From: Octopus sinensis
Taxonomy: Eukaryota
Length of the DNA stretch: 21,396 bases
Direction of reading: 5' to 3'
Assembly (NCBI RefSeq): GCF_006345805.1
Contig: NW_021823779.1
Location: forward strand, 1-21,396
Shown here: positions 1 through 10,121 of the stretch, one piece after another
Layout of the letters: each line of letters begins with the position of its first letter
Position numbering within the stretch: the first letter of the stretch is position 1
Program-made: the position numbers and the translations under genes
The notes under the pieces: model-generated
Told to the model about the DNA's origin: nothing
Database searches by the model: none
What the model saw: only the letters and a program-made list of their open reading frames with translations

Positions 1-490
1 TATCATCATCTTCAATGTTGACGTACTCACTTTTTGCCTCTTTGGCCGCAGGTAAAGTGGCAAAGAATTCTTCTGGGTTGTTTACTTGCCTGTGTCCCAG
101 AGGTGTAGTGAACACATTTTGGAATTGTTCGTTCAGTATTTCACTTATCCTCGTGTGATTTCCTGTGAGAGGGCCATCTTTTTGGGAGAGACGTCCTACT
201 CTCTGGTGCACTGTGGCTGTCTCTTTGGCAAACTTAAAGAAAACTTTAGGGTTGATATTATATTTTCTATTACCCAAACTTCTTTATCTGCTCTCTCCTT
301 TTCATAGGATTGATGCAGACTTTTCTCAATCTCCATTAGCATTCTCTCAAGCCGAGACTTCTCACCACTTATGGTGCGCTTGCTCAGGCGGTTCGCAATC
401 CTTCTCCGTCGCCACATAAGAATACTCCTTTCTCTTGGGATCCTGTTTTTGTTTTTGTGTGTGCTGGCCCTGTACACTGGGATATAATTG
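1..490 (-). mobile_element. Decayed non-LTR retrotransposon (LINE, CR1/L2-like) ORF2 fragment, endonuclease-RT linker region
   Basis: The minus strand reads ...[22 protein letters not shown]...EIEKSLHQSYEKERADKEV..IENI, then after one frameshift (~255) NPKVFFKFAKETATVHQRVGRLSQKDGPLTGNHTRISEILNEQFQNVFTTPLGHRQVNNPEEFF...EYVNIEDDD. 'NPKxFFxF' and 'IxExLNxxFxxVFT' are typical CR1/L2-type linker motifs. Runs off the window start. Confidence 0.75.
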
Positions 491-532
491 TCACATATGG
501 GTTGTATTATGGACATGAAGTGTTAGTGTTTC

Positions 533-537
533 ATGTT

Positions 538-570
<33 letters not shown>

Positions 571-597
571 ATGTGTGTGTATATATGTATATGTATG

Positions 598-642
<45 letters not shown>

Positions 643-645
643 ATG

Positions 646-676
<31 letters not shown>

Positions 677-865
677 GCGTATGTTATATATATATATATA
701 TATATTATGTACGTCTATGTATGTATATATATATATATATATATTATATATACATACATAGACGTACATATATATATATACATACATATATATATATAAT
801 ATATATATATATACATACATATATATCTATATATATAATATATATATATACATACATACATATAC

Positions 866-922
<57 letters not shown>

Positions 923-932
923 ATATATATAC
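533..932. repeat. Compound (TG)n/(TA)n/(TACA)n microsatellite; approximate left boundary of the duplication
   Basis: Directly visible; accounts for the spurious YI/CV-rich ORFs at 457-1053. Confidence 0.95.
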
Positions 933-1296
933 ATAAAATAAAATACGAAATGGGACAAGAATGCAAAACATCCGGACAACTAGGTAATAAAAAAAGGACA
1001 ACAAAACATCCCGAGAGACGATACAAAAAAAACTGACGGGTCATTCGAAACATCTAAATTTCAGTCAAGAACCGGATCATCCTCGCAATCACGGCTGATT
1101 AATCTTGAGAATGCTTCAATCTGGCCAGCCCCCCCCCCAAAAAAAAACTAAGCTATGAAGTTTAGATTCCTTGGAGAAAAGCATCGAATGTATACGCAAC
1201 TGGTACGGAAAAACGGACGATGTTACACCAATATAAATACAAAAATAATACAAAAAAAAAACAGTAACGACATCAACAACAATAATAATAATAATA

Positions 1297-1336
<40 letters not shown>

Positions 1337-1340
1337 TATA
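931..1340. repeat. Probable interspersed repeat remnant ending in an (AAT)n tract (paralogous copy at 12075-12447)
   Basis: A ~350-bp element shared by both copies, flanked by microsatellites. It resembles an octopod repeat I recall; family not assigned. Confidence 0.35.
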
Positions 1341-1700
1341 ACAGGACATAATAACAGGCGTCTTTCGACTGGAGACAAATTGAATTCGTCTGGCGTGTTG
1401 GGAATTAAGCCTTACGGCAGAGGGAAGGGAGTCGCTGTAGCAGTGACCGTGGTCAAACGAAAAAGAGCTAACGGTTAGCGAACGGTCACGTGAGCATAGA
1501 AGAGAGAGAGTAAAAGGAACAAAGGAACCAAAGAGGGAGAGAAGAGAGAGAAAAAATTGGAAGAAAGTTATTAAGGAGGGGAGAAGAGAGAGAGAGCGAG
1601 AGAGAGTGTAGACGGAAGAATCAAGGAGTGGTGAGAAAAAAAGAGATACTGACACAGTGAAGGGCAAAGTAAGAAAGGCAAAGAAATGTGAGAGAGGGGA
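1340..1700. promoter_or_regulatory. Candidate promoter/5'-UTR region: relatively GC-rich block with a TCACGTGA E-box followed by a GA-rich tract
   Basis: GGTCACGTGAGC (CACGTG at 1487-1492; 13351-13356 in copy B) and TGACCGTGGTCA are conserved in both copies. A donor-like AAA|GTAAGA lies near 1668 in both. No transcript evidence. Confidence 0.3.
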
Positions 1701-1803
1701 AAGAGAGTGTGTTGAAGAAGTCGTTCAAAATTTAGTGACCTGTGTACTTACATATAAGAGAACAAAGTGTACGTACGCCACAATACATATATATATATAT
1801 AAT

Positions 1804-1851
<48 letters not shown>

Positions 1852-2556
1852 TGTGTATCATCTTCTCTTTGTGAAAGGGATAAGTAATGGGTTGTGTAAA
1901 ACATATGAACGACTTTGTGGCGATATTTGTCAAAACATGCAGCTACACTTCTCATCGACAAAATCTTACAGCAATTACTCTTTCAAACTGTTGCTGTCAT
2001 CTATCATGAAGATACTCTGCCCGATTGCAATGCCAAGTGCAGGATACGAGATGTGTACTGTCAGCATATTTCGCGGAAGCCTTAAAACATCACAGAAAAT
2101 GCTTTTTGGTATTTATTCAGGCTTCTATATTCTGAGTTCGAATCCCTGCATTTCAACTGTTCTTTCCCTCATTTTTGAGACGATAAAAAAGGTTCCAATA
2201 TTCCCCACCCCCTTTCCGATATTCGTAGAAACTTGAGGTCGTTTAATTAACGTCCAGAAATTATGACAGTTTCTAACACGATTTTTGACCTTAGGTAGCA
2301 ACTGTTATTTGCTCTTTGCTTATCCCTAGAAACTACGCAGAATGAATAATATTTCCTCCAGACATTCATGTCCTTAATAGAAAATGTATCACTTTGAAAG
2401 CATTGATGTCAAGGCACAAAAGCAAAGTGTGAAGATATAAATTTCGATATAGGTGGAAGTGATGTTTTCTAATTACAAATTCAGACAGCTGGACGAAGTG
2501 CACTGCGGGTTAGTAAATATTGCATCTCAAAATATTAATCGAATTGATGATGCTTA

Positions 2557-2676
2557 TACATACACACGTACATACATGCATAAACACATACACACATACA
2601 TACATAGATACATAAATACATACATACATACATACATACATACATACATACACACATACATACATACATACATACA

Positions 2677-2707
<31 letters not shown>

Positions 2708-2776
2708 GTACATACACACATACATACATAGATACATACATACATACATACATACATACATACATACATACATACA

Positions 2777-2807
<31 letters not shown>

Positions 2808-2844
2808 GTACATACACACATAGATACATACATACATACATACA

Positions 2845-2877
<33 letters not shown>

Positions 2878-3048
2878 TCATACATACATACATACACACA
2901 TACATACATAGATACATACATACATACATACATACATATGTACATACACACATACATACATAGATACATACACACATACATACATACATACATACACACA
3001 TACATACATACACACATACATACATAGATACATACATACCTACATACA

Positions 3049-3081
<33 letters not shown>

Positions 3082-3251
3082 TCATACATACATACATACA
3101 CACATACATACATACATACATACGACACACATACATACATACATATGTACATACACACATACATACATAGATACATACACACATACATACATAGATACAT
3201 ACATACATACATACATACATGCATGCATGCATACATACATACATACATACA

Positions 3252-3286
<35 letters not shown>

Positions 3287-3308
3287 GTATTTTTATATGT
3301 ATATATGC

Positions 3309-3348
<40 letters not shown>

Positions 3349-3425
3349 TGTGGATATGTATGTATACACACACACGCGTACGCACACACACATATATATA
3401 TATATATATGTGTGTTTGTGTGTGT
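2557..3425. repeat. (ATAC)n/(TA)n compound microsatellite
   Basis: Directly visible. The paralogous tract at ~14285-14492 is much shorter. Confidence 0.95.
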
Positions 3426-5149
3426 ACCGAAAAAGAGAAAACACAAGGTGTGTACATTCAAGAATAGAAAGAAACGACAGCTTGAGTAAGCAAAGTTTAA
3501 CGGTGGTCAGTGTATAACTAGCATTACACAACCCTCATCAACCACTTTGAACTTTGCACAAGAGAAAGTCTACTGAGCTGTTTGTAAAATACCGTTCGAA
3601 TCTAACTAGTATGTATCATTTAAATTATTCTTTGAGGCTGTATGTGATTAAGTAATAGCATTCGACAGAGTATGTTATGGAAATGATGATGATGGTAGAG
3701 CTTATACCGTTTGTTGCCTGTTTGCATGTGTACAATCCAAGAGAGAGATACCGGAATGATTTACTGATTTTCACTTTACATCTCATCGATTGTATTTGAT
3801 GAAAGGGAATCAGTTGACCCCTTAAGTTTTGGATGAAGTCGGGCTTTTCTAAATAAATTTTTTAATTAACATAAATCGTTTGCTAGGAAACAAGTGAACC
3901 TATTTTGGCTGGATGTTTGTGTTATACGTTTCTTATTATTTTACAAAAGATTTTCCCATTTTCTTACTTTATGTCAAAACATTCTCATCCAACAAACTGC
4001 TGATCTTTGCTACACTGGCCAACTGCTACCCTCTTTTCCATGGAACACTATTTGAACAATTTTGCTATCCGTGGGTTGCTGTTTGTATTGAGTTGATTGA
4101 CCATTATTCTTTGTTTTAAATCGTGTAAATATATTCTGGTTCTGGAGTAGCCTTGTCATAATAGTCAAAACAATGTGTTTTTCATATAGCGTTTTTACTG
4201 GGGGGGGGGGCGTGTGTGTGTCTATGTGTGTCTGTGTGTCTGTGTGTGTCTGTGTGTCATTGTGTCCGTGCGTGAGAGTTCGGTAACAACGCTATATCTA
4301 AAGATGAATGTAGGATGTTGAAGATATTTTTTGACAGTTAGTGAATACTGTCCCGTATTTAGAGCAAAGCCGACATGCATAACCTTCTTCTGATATGAGA
4401 CGTATACCTGGAGTACTTCTTCATCGATTCTTCGCTTAGTTTTTCTTTGCCCAGATTAGTCGTTGACATCCCTCAAAAATAAAAACAATAGTAAGGCCAT
4501 TAATTAAAAGAGATACGTAACATAATGCTCTTCCAGAAAGTATTGTATTTATAAAGATATACATGATAATCATATTTCTATGTGAGGATAACATGACACA
4601 TGTATTCAGCATCAAGCAATTGTATTTAGTTATGTATAGTCGTAGATTGTTAGATATCAGTGCAACAGTTTATACAGTGAAATGTGCTGGAAAGTATTAT
4701 TTGGGTTTAAGAAAACAGTGAAAATACATTTGACTGAGTGCATTTCACATACAACATTCCTTTAACTGCGAACTGACAAACATCTCATAATTATTTTGAT
4801 TGCAGAAATAAAAATAATATAGCTATAGAAGCTAGATATACTTGAAGTAAAAATATTTCATTCACTGTTAACAATATGGGGAATATTTAAGGACAAATGC
4901 TTCGAAGACATCATCGTCGCATAATTTATATATTCACATTTGTAATTAAATCTAGATTAGTTCTATAGATGCAATTAAATTAGTCATATTACTTATTGTT
5001 TAAATTGTACATCTTGGATTTTTAGTGAAATATATTTGAACAGCTCAAAGATAATTGTTACCTAAATTTCAGCTGTAGACTTTTGCTTAATTTCTAAGAA
5101 AAATACTTTTGTATTAATCACTCTCGTTATATGTGTCTATCATCAGGTG

Positions 5150-5213
5150 ATGAAAGGTACCAGCGTCCTATTGTTTTGTGTATTCATTTCATACACCTTC
5201 TCGGATAAACAAG
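5150..5213 (+). CDS. Knottin-like precursor gene A, coding exon 1 (signal peptide MKGTSVLLFCVFISYTFS-DKQ)
   Basis: Acceptor ...tctatcatcag| at 5146, ATG at 5150, donor AAG|GTAAGT at 5214 (phase 1). Basic n-region, hydrophobic core and T-x-S c-region. Frame and splice sites are conserved in copy B. Confidence 0.8.
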
Positions 5214-5493
5214 GTAAGTATAATCAGAAATTTCTTTTATTTTATAGCAATCCGAAATGTAGTGGGAGAAAAGGCGGAAAATAGAAGGGCGGGAAGGAGG
5301 AAAATGAATAACGTTAACTTAACGGTCTTTCGGGTGTACCCCATTTATATGCAATTACAGCTTTTAAATAAATAACTCAATTTAGCAACACTACGCATAG
5401 ACCAAGTATACGGAGTTAAGATTCATTTAATTAACAATATGAATGATACAAATCGGGAAGGATTCTAGTGGTGTGCTCTCATCTCTTACTCCT

Positions 5494-5577
5494 GTATTTG
5501 ATTCAGAACGTAAACACAAACGAAAGGACACTGAACACCTTGCTCGTCCTGCTAACCATTCTGCCAGCTCTCCGCCG
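5494..5577 (-). mobile_element. Decayed 5' head of SINE family B (paralogous copy ~16814-16897)
   Basis: ttcagaacgta...gctaaccattctgccagctc matches the head of the copies at 8525-8743 and 16381-16598. Confidence 0.55.
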
Positions 5578-5958
5578 CCCTTAGAATTCTTAATTATTAA
5601 AATAATTACAGAAGAGATTCAGCAAGTGCTGTATATATAATGTTTCACGTGTCTTTTGTTTGTTTGTTTTTTTTTGTCATTCCTTTTTATTGCTCCTTTG
5701 GGTTTTTTAATCTCCTTTTATGTATAAAAAACATCCATCACTACAGTGATGAGCCATATTTAAGTGTAGGAGTGAGGAACTTCGAGTTCCAGTCTTCCTG
5801 ATCCTGCATCCTGTTTCAAATCGTCTTACCATAAATACGTTTTCCTCTATTCAATGAATTACCTGTTGAGTGATGCATGGGTAATTTGTGTATTTCTACA
5901 CGAAACTTTGGTAAATAGACTTCTAATGCTTTCATATGTATTTTAATATTTCTTTCAG

Positions 5959-6019
5959 ATGTCGCTTCCGTCCATCAACAGAGAGGAGCTTCTGTAGGTT
6001 TAAGTAATATGACTAAAAG
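5959..6019 (+). CDS. Knottin-like precursor gene A, coding exon 2 (propeptide DVASVHQQRGASVGLSNMTK[R])
   Basis: Strong acceptor atttctttcag| and donor AAG|GTAAGA. 61 nt, phase 1 in and phase 2 out, open in frame with exon 1. Conserved in copy B. Confidence 0.8.
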
Positions 6020-6231
6020 GTAAGATCTACATATCTACATATGTTATCGAATTAATAGACAAGCGCCCTCTAGTAAGGTTTCAAAGCTTGTGTCTATAGT
6101 AGTGAGGTCATCAATATTGGCGCAGTTTTTTTCTTCCAACCCATTCCTGATTGTAGTTTTGGTGTAAAAGAGAATATGAAACTGGAATATATCAAGTGAG
6201 ACGATAGGAGAAAATTTTCACGAGTGATATA

Positions 6232-6535
6232 GGCGTAGGAGTGGCTGTGTGGTAAGGAGCTTGCTTACCAAACACATGGTTTCGGGTTCAGTCCCACTGC
6301 ATGGCAACTTGGGCAAGTGTCTCCTACTATAATCTCGGTCGACCAAAGCCTTGTGAGTGGATTTGGTAGACGGAAACTGAAAGAAGCTCGTCGTATATAT
6401 GTATTTATATATATAGGTGTGTGTATAAGTTTGTGTGTCTGTGCTAACCCCTACCCCCAATATCGCATGACAACCGATGCTTGTGTGTTTACGTCCCCAC
6501 AACTCATAGGTTTTGCAAAAGAGACATAATAAATA
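6232..6535 (+). mobile_element. tRNA-derived SINE family A (GGCGTAGGAGTGGCTGTGTGGTAAG... head, B-box-like GGTTCAGTCCC)
   Basis: Several related copies in the window (7813, 8199, 17545, 19481). A/B-box-like head and an internal (TA)/(TG) tract. Confidence 0.85.
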
Positions 6536-6613
6536 ACTACACTTATGCGATAAGCAATGGTCACTATGAGAAAAAAATTAGTTCATAAAAATAGATACTT
6601 TTCACTATCAACA

Positions 6614-6676
6614 CACCACCACCACCACCACCACCATCACCACCACCACCACCATCACCACCACCACCACCATCAC
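6614..6676 (+). repeat. (CAC)n trinucleotide repeat; only a short remnant in copy B (~18160-18185)
   Basis: Directly visible. It produces the poly-His in ORF 6557-6928, which is not considered coding. Confidence 0.9.
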
Positions 6677-7812
6677 AGCAGCAGCATTCTCATTCTCTCT
6701 CTCTCCCTCGTATTCTCTTTTTCTCTCGTTCTTCGCCTCTCCATTCAGCTCACCAATCAACGCATTTGGCTTAACTATATCATTTCTTCCTCTCTTTTTC
6801 TTCACACCTCCCTCTCTCTCTCTCTCCTTCTCAGCCTTACTCCACCTCGCACCCACTCCACCTTCAGCTTTCGAACTAATCTATCTCTATATAAAGCTGA
6901 AGTTGTCTGTGCGTGGCAGGTTTGGTAGCCTTCAACTAACACTATCTCCTCCGAGACCCTGTGGCGCAATTTGACCAAAATTAAGGGTATGATAGAAGAA
7001 GGCTTGCTCTTCCTTCCGTAGAAGAAGAAATTCAAATCGGGCAATGTTAACACCAAAAATTATTTACATCACAAAGGTGCGTTTTTTTCTATGAAAATCC
7101 CTACTTTTTACGATTATTTGACTGCCGTGTCGCCATTTTTCCGTGTATTTCAACCAGAAAAATGTTCACTTAAAGAGGATAAAAAACTACATAATGCAAA
7201 ATTTTTACTTTTCAAAAATTCTAATTCTAAAGGGTCGAAACAAAGCCGAGCAACGCAGAGACATATTGCTAGTTAATATATAATGGGCGAACGAACAAGT
7301 AGATTATCATAGAGATATGTGTTTGCATGTGCGCGTATATTTGCCGTTCTTGGATTGCACAATTTGTGATGTAATGTAACGGTCACTTACACAAACACAA
7401 GAGAGGTTGATCTTCATATTCATATTACTATTTTCTTGGAGAGACAGATAAACCAAAGTAACCAGATTTGAAAATCATATAAAGGTTAAGATTCCCATAT
7501 CAAATGTTATTTTCAAAATGGAGGATTGTTTTGTCTCTTCTTTTGGAAACGTCGTTTTCATATCTCATTTAGGATGCGTAGAGAAGTACATAGGACAAAC
7601 CAACATGACCGTAACAAAAGAAATGATACCACATACAATGCAGGTTTGATTTCCCAGTTGCAGACGAGAAACTCTCGGGTAAAATCTGCTGAGATTCATG
7701 AATCAAAATTTTAACTTATTAATTTATGTCACAACAGTGACGATAAATTCTAACATAGAGGATCTATAAGACTTAGGCTGATTGAAGAATATCGGGGGGG
7801 GTGATTTAAAAG

Positions 7813-8196
7813 TAGACACAGAGGCTGTGTGATAAGTAGCTTTCTTACCACAATTACATGGTTTCGGGTTCAGTCCCATTGCGTGGCAACTTGGGAATTT
7901 GACTCCTACAATAGCCTCGGCCGACAAAAGCCTTGTGAGTGGATTTGGTAGACGGAAACTGAAAGAAGCTCGTCGTATATATGTATTTATATATGTAGGT
8001 GTGTGTATAAGTTTGTGTGTCTGTTTGTCCCATCCTCCAATATCACTTGACAACCGATGATGGTGTGTTTACGTCCCCACAACTTATAGGTTCGGGAAAA
8101 GAGACCGATTGAATAAGTACTTGGCTTACAAAGAATAAGGCCTAGGGTAGATTTGCTCGTCTAATGGCGGTACTCCACAGTCAAATGACAGAAACA
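7813..8196 (+). mobile_element. SINE family A, near full length
   Basis: Same head and body as 6232-6535, plus the 3' part ...cggttcg..aaaagagaccgat..gaataagtact...cagtcaaatgacagaaaca. Confidence 0.85.
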
Positions 8197-8198
8197 TT

Positions 8199-8287
8199 AC
8201 CTTGGGTAATTGTGTTCTACCATAGCCTCGTAATGACCAAAGCTTTGTGAGTGGATTTAGTATACGGAAACAGAAAGAAGCTCGTCG

Positions 8288-8359
<72 letters not shown>

Positions 8360-8481
8360 ATGTATATACTGTCCTCCTAAAATCGCTTGATAACCGATTT
8401 GGGTGTGTTTTCTTCAGCGTAACGTAGCGGTTCGGCAAGAGATAAGATAGAATAAGTACTAGGCAAGTCCTGGTGGCGATT
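8199..8481 (+). mobile_element. SINE family A, 5'-truncated, with internal (TA)n
   Basis: accttggg...atagcctcg...tgtgagtggattt...gaaagaagctcgtcg matches the family A body. Confidence 0.75.
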
Positions 8482-8524
8482 ATTAACAGACATACATCAA
8501 TACCCAACTTCTTACTTCTCTTCT

Positions 8525-8743
8525 AACTATTCATTTCTACTCTAGGTACAAGGCCCGATATGTTGGGTGAGTGGGCCATTCTTTTAGATCGACCCTAGTA
8601 TGCAACTGGTACATAATTTATCAACCCCGAATGGATGAAAGGCAAAGTCGACCTCGGCGGAATTTGAACTCAAAACCTAGTTGCAGACGAAATACCTCTA
8701 AGCATATCGCCCGGCGTGCTAACGATTCTGCCAGCTCACAGCC
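8525..8743 (-). mobile_element. tRNA-derived SINE family B (left arm of an inverted pair)
   Basis: The reverse complement matches 8796-9012 (gagctggcagaa.cgttagcacgccgggcg...gagttcaaattccgccgaggtcgactttgcctttcatcc). Confidence 0.85.
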
Positions 8744-8795
8744 TTTCCCCTCTATCTATTAACACCATTTATTTATTAATTACCCTGACACTAAT

Positions 8796-9012
8796 GCGGT
8801 GAACCGGCAGAAACGTTAGCACGCCGGGCGAGGTGTTAAGCGGTATTTCGTCTGTCTCTACGTTCTGAGTTCAAATTCCGCCGAGGTCGACTTTGCCTTT
8901 CATCCTTTCGGGGTCGATAAATTAAGTACCAGTTATTTACTGGGGTCGATCTATTCGACTTGCCCCACTCCCCCAAAATGTCGGGCCTTGTACCAAGACT
9001 AGAAAAGAATAG
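8796..9012 (+). mobile_element. tRNA-derived SINE family B (right arm of an inverted pair)
   Basis: B-box-like GAGTTCAAATTCC and central gcctttcatcctttcggggtcgataaattaagtacc. Several copies in the window. Confidence 0.88.
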
Positions 9013-9285
9013 CCATATCACTGTCTACATCTACTTATCTACTTATGAAATTCGGAAAATATATATTCATAGACTTGGTCTTTAAAATATACTGGAGAAA
9101 GTACAAATGACAATTTTTGAAAGAACGAAAAAATATGACCCGTCCTATTTGTTTCGGTTCTGCATGCTGTACGTTCACATCCCGTTGGATTTTCTCGACG
9201 TCAATAAAATATAACAGCTTCTTCCCTAACGAGAAAACATAATTTAATGAGTTTCATACTTCACTACAATATTCTGTATTTATAG

Positions 9286-9475
9286 GGTCGCTTGCTCAAT
9301 GGATAATTGTCGCAGATATCTGCCAGTCATTCACTGCTGCCCACATATGGCATGTATTTGCACTTTATCGAGTTGCTGGTGTAGAACACAAAATAAAAGC
9401 CGCGCCACTCATAATAGTATGCTCCAAAGTGTAATCGCTATTCTCGTTTTCCTTGTAAATTTACCAATTTATTGA
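9286..9475 (+). CDS. Knottin-like precursor gene A, coding exon 3: 8-Cys ICK-like domain plus hydrophobic C-terminal tail
   Basis: Acceptor tattctgtatttatag| at 9285. The phase-2 join AG+G gives Arg, completing KR immediately before VACSMDNCRRYLPVIHCCPHMACICTLSSCWCR... Cys spacing is C-x4-C-x8-CC-x4-C-x-C-x4-C-x-C; stop TGA at 9473-9475. Missed by the ORF track because the internal-ATG ORF is only 58 aa. Confidence 0.83.
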
Positions 9476-9604
9476 CGTCCTGCTCTTTTGAATCTTGTGG
9501 ATATATGTCATGGGTCAGATTGTTTGTATAGAAGGAGAAAATCTACTATTTTTCTATTTTGTAATTTAACCAATCGTCAAATCCTATGATAGTAGAAAAC
9601 TATG

Positions 9605-9610
9605 AATAAA
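9605..9610 (+). promoter_or_regulatory. Candidate polyadenylation signal for gene A (another AATAAA at 9851-9856)
   Basis: AATAAA 130 nt after the stop codon. The sequence is AT-rich, so it could be chance. Confidence 0.35.
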
Positions 9611-10121
9611 CATCAAGAGACATAGTGTAATATAAAATATCAACGAGCAGAAGTTTGATTTTGTAATTTATCCTGGAAAGAAATTCACGTATGTTGCACC
9701 AAAAACTGAAATGGTAAAAGAAGAGAAAATCTGCAAACCATAACTTACAACTGTGACTTTTCTTACAAACCTAAATTAATACGACGAACGTATTTAATAT
9801 CTAATATATTTATGTTATTATTCCGTCAAATTTTAATGAAATCTCAATTAAATAAATTTATTAAAGCATTACAAATACTTAGTGCTTCGTTTTTCACTGT
9901 GCTATTTGTTTGTAAGTTACTGAACGGTAACAAAGTCTTTGTGGTTTCTTCTTCGCTGTGGTGTTTGCCTTTAAGTTATCGATATGAATGGTAAGACTTT
10001 ACATTGCAGCGTTATGCTATATTATTGTAAAAACATATATTCTCCGAGTTCTATTTTATAACATTTAAAAAAGAAATGGGAAAAAAATAAGAGATAAGAA
10101 AGGAAAAGAGAGAAAAACAAC

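Larger units (their letters stand above)
931..9039 (+). repeat. Tandem segmental duplication, copy A
   Basis: Colinear similarity to 12075-21396 with indels. Example anchors: 1340~13200, 3420~14490, 5147~16211, 5959~17272, 6831~18397, 8796~21146, 9039~21396. Roughly 85-92% identical by eye. Confidence 0.93.

Noticed and set aside
457-1053. Long ORFs rich in YI/CV/HT (and equivalents at 2453-3531, 10644-11113, 11794-12150, 14166-14602, 19570-20776)
   Set aside because: Translations of microsatellites that lack stop codons by construction; no coding signal.
1900-2083. Stop-to-stop frame ...RYLSKHAATLLIDKILQQLLFQTVAVIYHEDTLPDCNAKCRIRDVYCQHISRKP*
   Set aside because: Protein-like but unrecognised, has no start codon, and is mostly deleted in copy B.
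4349-4459. 36-codon minus-strand ORF MSTTNLGKEKLSEE...CMSALL* open in both copies
   Set aside because: Too short; staying open is expected at ~90% identity, and it has no motif or clear splice context.
6232-6310. tRNA-like A/B-box sequences
   Set aside because: These are SINE heads with no complete cloverleaf; not called as tRNA genes.
6557-6928. 123-aa ORF with a 22-His run and a Leu/Ser-rich stretch
   Set aside because: The poly-His comes from a (CAC)n tract that is nearly absent in copy B, and the rest is a CT tract. Only the last 61 nt are retained as a possible alternative exon.
6802-7056. Minus-strand ORF FFFYGRKSKPSS...VRKLKVE shared with 18419-18601
   Set aside because: Copy B has an in-frame stop just upstream, most differences are non-synonymous, splice sites are unconvincing, and there is no recognisable homology.
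7022-7276. Acceptor-like cttccttccgtag| followed by ORFs MKIPTFYDY.../MIIPTFYDI... in both copies
   Set aside because: A 1-nt indel between the copies shifts the frame relative to the acceptor. Exon 9286 gives a far more coherent product (KR plus Cys framework).
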